Shown one piece after another: positions 61,001 to 64,000 of a DNA stretch of 64,000 nucleotides. The DNA is from Acanthaster planci (taxonomy: Eukaryota), in assembly GCF_001949145.1 (NCBI RefSeq), contig NW_019091358.1:558961-622960 (forward strand), read 5' to 3'. Each line of letters starts with the position of its first letter. Within the stretch, counting starts at the first letter, position 1. A model generated the notes under the pieces. That model worked only from the letters and a program-made list of their open reading frames with translations, did no database searches and was not told the DNA's origin. Position numbers and translations under genes: made by a program.

Positions 61001-63756
61001 TTGAGTAATTCACAATTACTGATAGTTTGGAGATTTGTCAGATCAAACACCATTCCCTCCTGACCACTGGAAATTCTTAACGCGTAATAAACACTGACAT
61101 TGAAGGCAAGCCCTGGGAAGCGTCGACTGTTCTTACAGGGACGGAGTTTTATACCTTTTTGTCCACAACGTATCCCCAAACGACTGTACCCACAGCGTAC
61201 GAAACGCCTAAACAGCAGAAAAGCAAACTTCTTCCGAGAACCGAGAAATCAAGCTGTCGAGAAAGAGGTAAAATGAAGGCAAAATTATTAACCAAAACAC
61301 TTCTCCTTTTCAGCACAGGTAAAACACGCATGGTAAAATCAATTGTATGTTTTGCAAGTGACCATAGCTATGGACGTATTCCCTCTGACCAGAAAGAAGC
61401 AACTTCTGACTGCAAAGAAAAATGTGGGAACAAAACCAACTTGTCGTATGGACCACACGAAAAGACAGCAAGAAAAGTACAAAGCGCCCCTTCGTGCAAT
61501 GTGCGCATTTCATTTCGTTTATTTCCCGGTATTTGTGCATTTTAATATTTTTGAAATAGGCCGTTCTCGTATTTAAAGGGCAGCTGCAATCAATTTGTTT
61601 TAATACAGATCTTCAAATTGCACTTTTTTTGTCTTTTCTGTCTCAGGTAAACCCGCTGTTCAATATTTCAATGGGTAGTTTACTGCCTTTTTGGTTGTTA
61701 CGTAATGGGCATAATTATTTCCATAACCATGAGCAAACCAGTGATGTCATTCTAGGAAGAAATGTTGAAATGCTACGTTGGTTTATTGGTTCGTACACAA
61801 AAAAGTCCGACATTTTTGTAGGTTTGCTGGACTAGTTGTTTTTTCTATGCTGATTCATCGTTTTTTATGTGCATAAGTAAGCATCAATCCCTCAGAAATG
61901 TTTTCATTAAAAATATCTGGATTTACAATCTGAACAGAAAAATCTTTGCACTGAACTATTTCTTCCCTGGATCACATCACAACAACAGCGCTCTCGCATC
62001 TCCAGGGAAGCGTGAACAATTTTATACAGAAGTGCAGTTTTCAAAGCACTAAAATTGTGTCCAAGAAAAAATTCATGGCAGCTAACGCTGAAACATAACA
62101 TAGGTATGGGGTACTCCAACTCCCCCCAGCAAACAGGCCTTATCAAGCGAGAACAAACAAAACAGTGTAGGTGAAGTCCAGGTTTCGTGCGACACTTGCA
62201 TTTTTCGTTACCATGGCAACATACCGTCTCGAGATGAACTGACAGTATCGGATGTAATGCCGTGAAACCGATGAAATTGGCACAGATCGCCAACATGCAC
62301 ACCCAGACAGCCGGTATTTTCAAGACTTGGACAATGGGCCCGGATTGTTTCTCCTCGCTCCCTGTTTTCAACAAAACCACAATATACAAATGTTTGATTT
62401 CTTTCTGACGAGTTCACCAGCCGGTGAAAGGCAGGCCAAGCAGTCGACTCCTACAAGGTATCCGCAGAATCAATTGTAGGGCCCTTGTTGAACCGTACAC
62501 AGTCTCACTTTTGATAAGAAAATTAATACACACACACATATATATATATATATATAATAGTAGAGAAAAACATCATTGCAAACGATATCTTACCATGATC
62601 GGGCATGAAGAAACAGCTCGCACCGACCGTGGCCAAAACTGCTCCTCCCAGAACAAAGAATGGAACCCTGAATCCACCTGCCTATTAAGAAGCAAGCAGG
62701 GTCCAGTGGATGAAGATATGTAGTGGACAACTGATGTGCATTTAACTTGGGAATGCGTTTTGTGCAACTTTTACTCCAGAATGCAAGAAACCTTACGTCT
62801 GTTTGGGTTTACCTAAATAAGAAGTGCACCCTTAGACATTTTATAATTTCTCATGCTTTTTTATGATGAATGGGGGCGCTGTTGCTGTGATGTCATGACA
62901 AGAACAAACAGTTTTCCTGTTGAAGACTTTCTTCACTTATTTTGGACCATTTGGGGAAAACTCTGCTTGCTAGCCTACTCTCACGAACCAAAACTTAAAA
63001 AAGAGAAACTAATGAAGCAATAAAGCAAAATTTGCAACAGCCTTACATCCAAAAGTCTGATGGTGCAGAACTAGCTGTATCCCTGATGTTTGTGCCTTTG
63101 ACTTTATCACACTTTTGATCATGAACATGGTAATCGCATTAGCATTAAAACAAAAAGGCCCTAAAATAAAAATTGGAAAGCTACGACGGGACACAAAGGA
63201 GAATTAATATGATGTGCGAAAAATGTAACTCAACAGGTTTTGTCCAGTTTTGTACACGATTGTAAGACAAGAGCAGGCTGTGTCTACGACGGCACAGGAT
63301 AGAACATGTACTTTATTGGTACAAGGGCGGATCCAGACCCAGATGGGTTTGGGGGGCAGAGGAATAACGAAAGGCCTTAGTAAAAATTAAAGGACAAGGC
63401 AAAGGGTTATTATTTCGCCCAGAAATAATTTCCTGAACAAAATGGCTCTGTCCGTACAAAACAACATCCACTCAATATCTTCACTCTGATTAATAAAGAA
63501 ATCCTCATCATTTTGGGGGGGGGGTGGCCCCTGGTTGCCCCCCCCCCCGCATTGAATTGGTAGGAAAAGTGGGTCAATGTCATATGCAGTCTGACCCCAC
63601 TGACAGCGCTGTTGAGAAATTGTGGACTGTTAAAGAGGTTATATGAAGCTTAGGCATGCAAACTGTCTTGCAGCATATTTTACTTACTTCAAAGAGCAAA
63701 CCACCAGCGGCTGGTCCGACTGCAAACGCTACGCCAGCACAGGTTTCAAACAAACT
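57746..63756 (-). CDS. SLC18B1: SLC18B1-like MFS (vesicular polyamine/amine transporter family) gene, 3' part. Exons 63756-63688, 62681-62594, 62361-62225, 61253-61155, 59840-59749, 59423-59328, 58656-58582 and 58040 onward (3' end uncertain). 5' exons lie beyond the window.
   Basis: Exons join in frame (phases 0,1,0,0,2,2,2) and give a series of TM helices with SLC18B1-like motifs: SLFETCAGVAFAVGPAAGGLLFE|AGGFRVPFFVLG, LHPILSVHLE, WGYVVDK, FLLGPSPVL, IPPMLDM, GIISGLWN..VSIG.MVGP. The family is often expanded in invertebrates, so one-to-one orthology is not established. Confidence 0.85.
58582..58656 (-). CDS. SLC18B1: SLC18B1-like exon
   Basis: tgcacag|A...GG|gtaagt; WYGIPYNMGLVGIISGLWNMAVSIG. 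Confidence 0.85.
59328..59423 (-). CDS. SLC18B1: SLC18B1-like exon
   Basis: ttcgacag|C...GA|gtaggt; TRVLVGLVIPFLAFAMAMMTIPPMLDMIISA. Confidence 0.82.
   Translation of the reverse strand, partial: HQGLSGFGHTLSGFRDGDDDHTTDAGHDHLS
59749..59840 (-). CDS. SLC18B1: SLC18B1-like exon
   Basis: tttacag|AAG...CC|gtaagt; KCTRTVISLGTFGAVIGFFLLGPSPVLNIT. Confidence 0.85.
61155..61253 (-). CDS. SLC18B1: SLC18B1-like exon
   Basis: tctcgacag|CTT...AAG|gtataa; LLFCCLGVSYAVGTVVWGYVVDKK. Confidence 0.85.
62225..62361 (-). CDS. SLC18B1: SLC18B1-like exon
   Basis: aaacag|GG...ACG|gtatgt; VLKIPAVWVCMLAICANFIGFTALHPILSVHLET. Confidence 0.85.
62594..62681 (-). CDS. SLC18B1: SLC18B1-like exon
   Basis: cttaatag|GCA...CAT G|gtaaga; AGGFRVPFFVLGGAVLATVGASCFFMPDH. 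Confidence 0.85.
63688..63756 (-). CDS. SLC18B1: SLC18B1-like exon
   Basis: cctgtag|AGT...GAA|gtaagt; SLFETCAGVAFAVGPAAGGLLFE. Confidence 0.85.
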
Positions 63757-64000
63757 CTACAGGTGAGATGTAAAATGCAGATTTCAGGGAGAATAAAAAA
63801 TTCGTCCTTAACCATAACAACTTCATAGTGTTGAACAACAAATTCGAGACGTAAGTATTTCCAATATGTGAATAGGTAGCTACATGAGCAGATCAAAGCC
63901 CTTTGAAATGTTATTTAGGTTTGTCAGTTTGCGAACAGAAGGTACGGGGCAGAAAAACCAACAAATCGTGTTCTTCAACCCTTTGCTTAAGAATGTCGCA

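Overview
Intron-rich animal genomic DNA, probably from a marine invertebrate (phylum not determinable from sequence alone). Four protein-coding genes can be rebuilt exon by exon from GT-AG boundaries and reading-frame continuity. (1) The 3' part of the MAGUK polarity scaffold PALS1/MPP5/stardust (+, 4197-16259). (2) A complete 4-exon WDR20 (-, 44648-28073, 543 aa). (3) An unexpected, apparently intact 6-exon gene for a ~307-aa YqaJ/lambda-exonuclease-like PD-(D/E)xK nuclease (+, 47696-53168), lying head-to-head with WDR20 and split across short ORFs in the ORF track. (4) The 3' part of an SLC18B1-like MFS transporter (-, 63756 to about 57.8 kb). Introns carry many MITEs (several flanked by TTAA), a tRNA-derived SINE, a decayed LINE and a probable haplotype-duplication assembly artefact. 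They also carry a dense family of TA-anchored motifs (TACATGTA, TACCGGTA, TACGGTA, TACAGTA, TAGGCCTA) that look like Tc1/mariner excision footprints. The leading novelty candidate is the spliced, catalytically intact YqaJ-like nuclease gene. All homology calls rest on recalled motifs; no database search was run.
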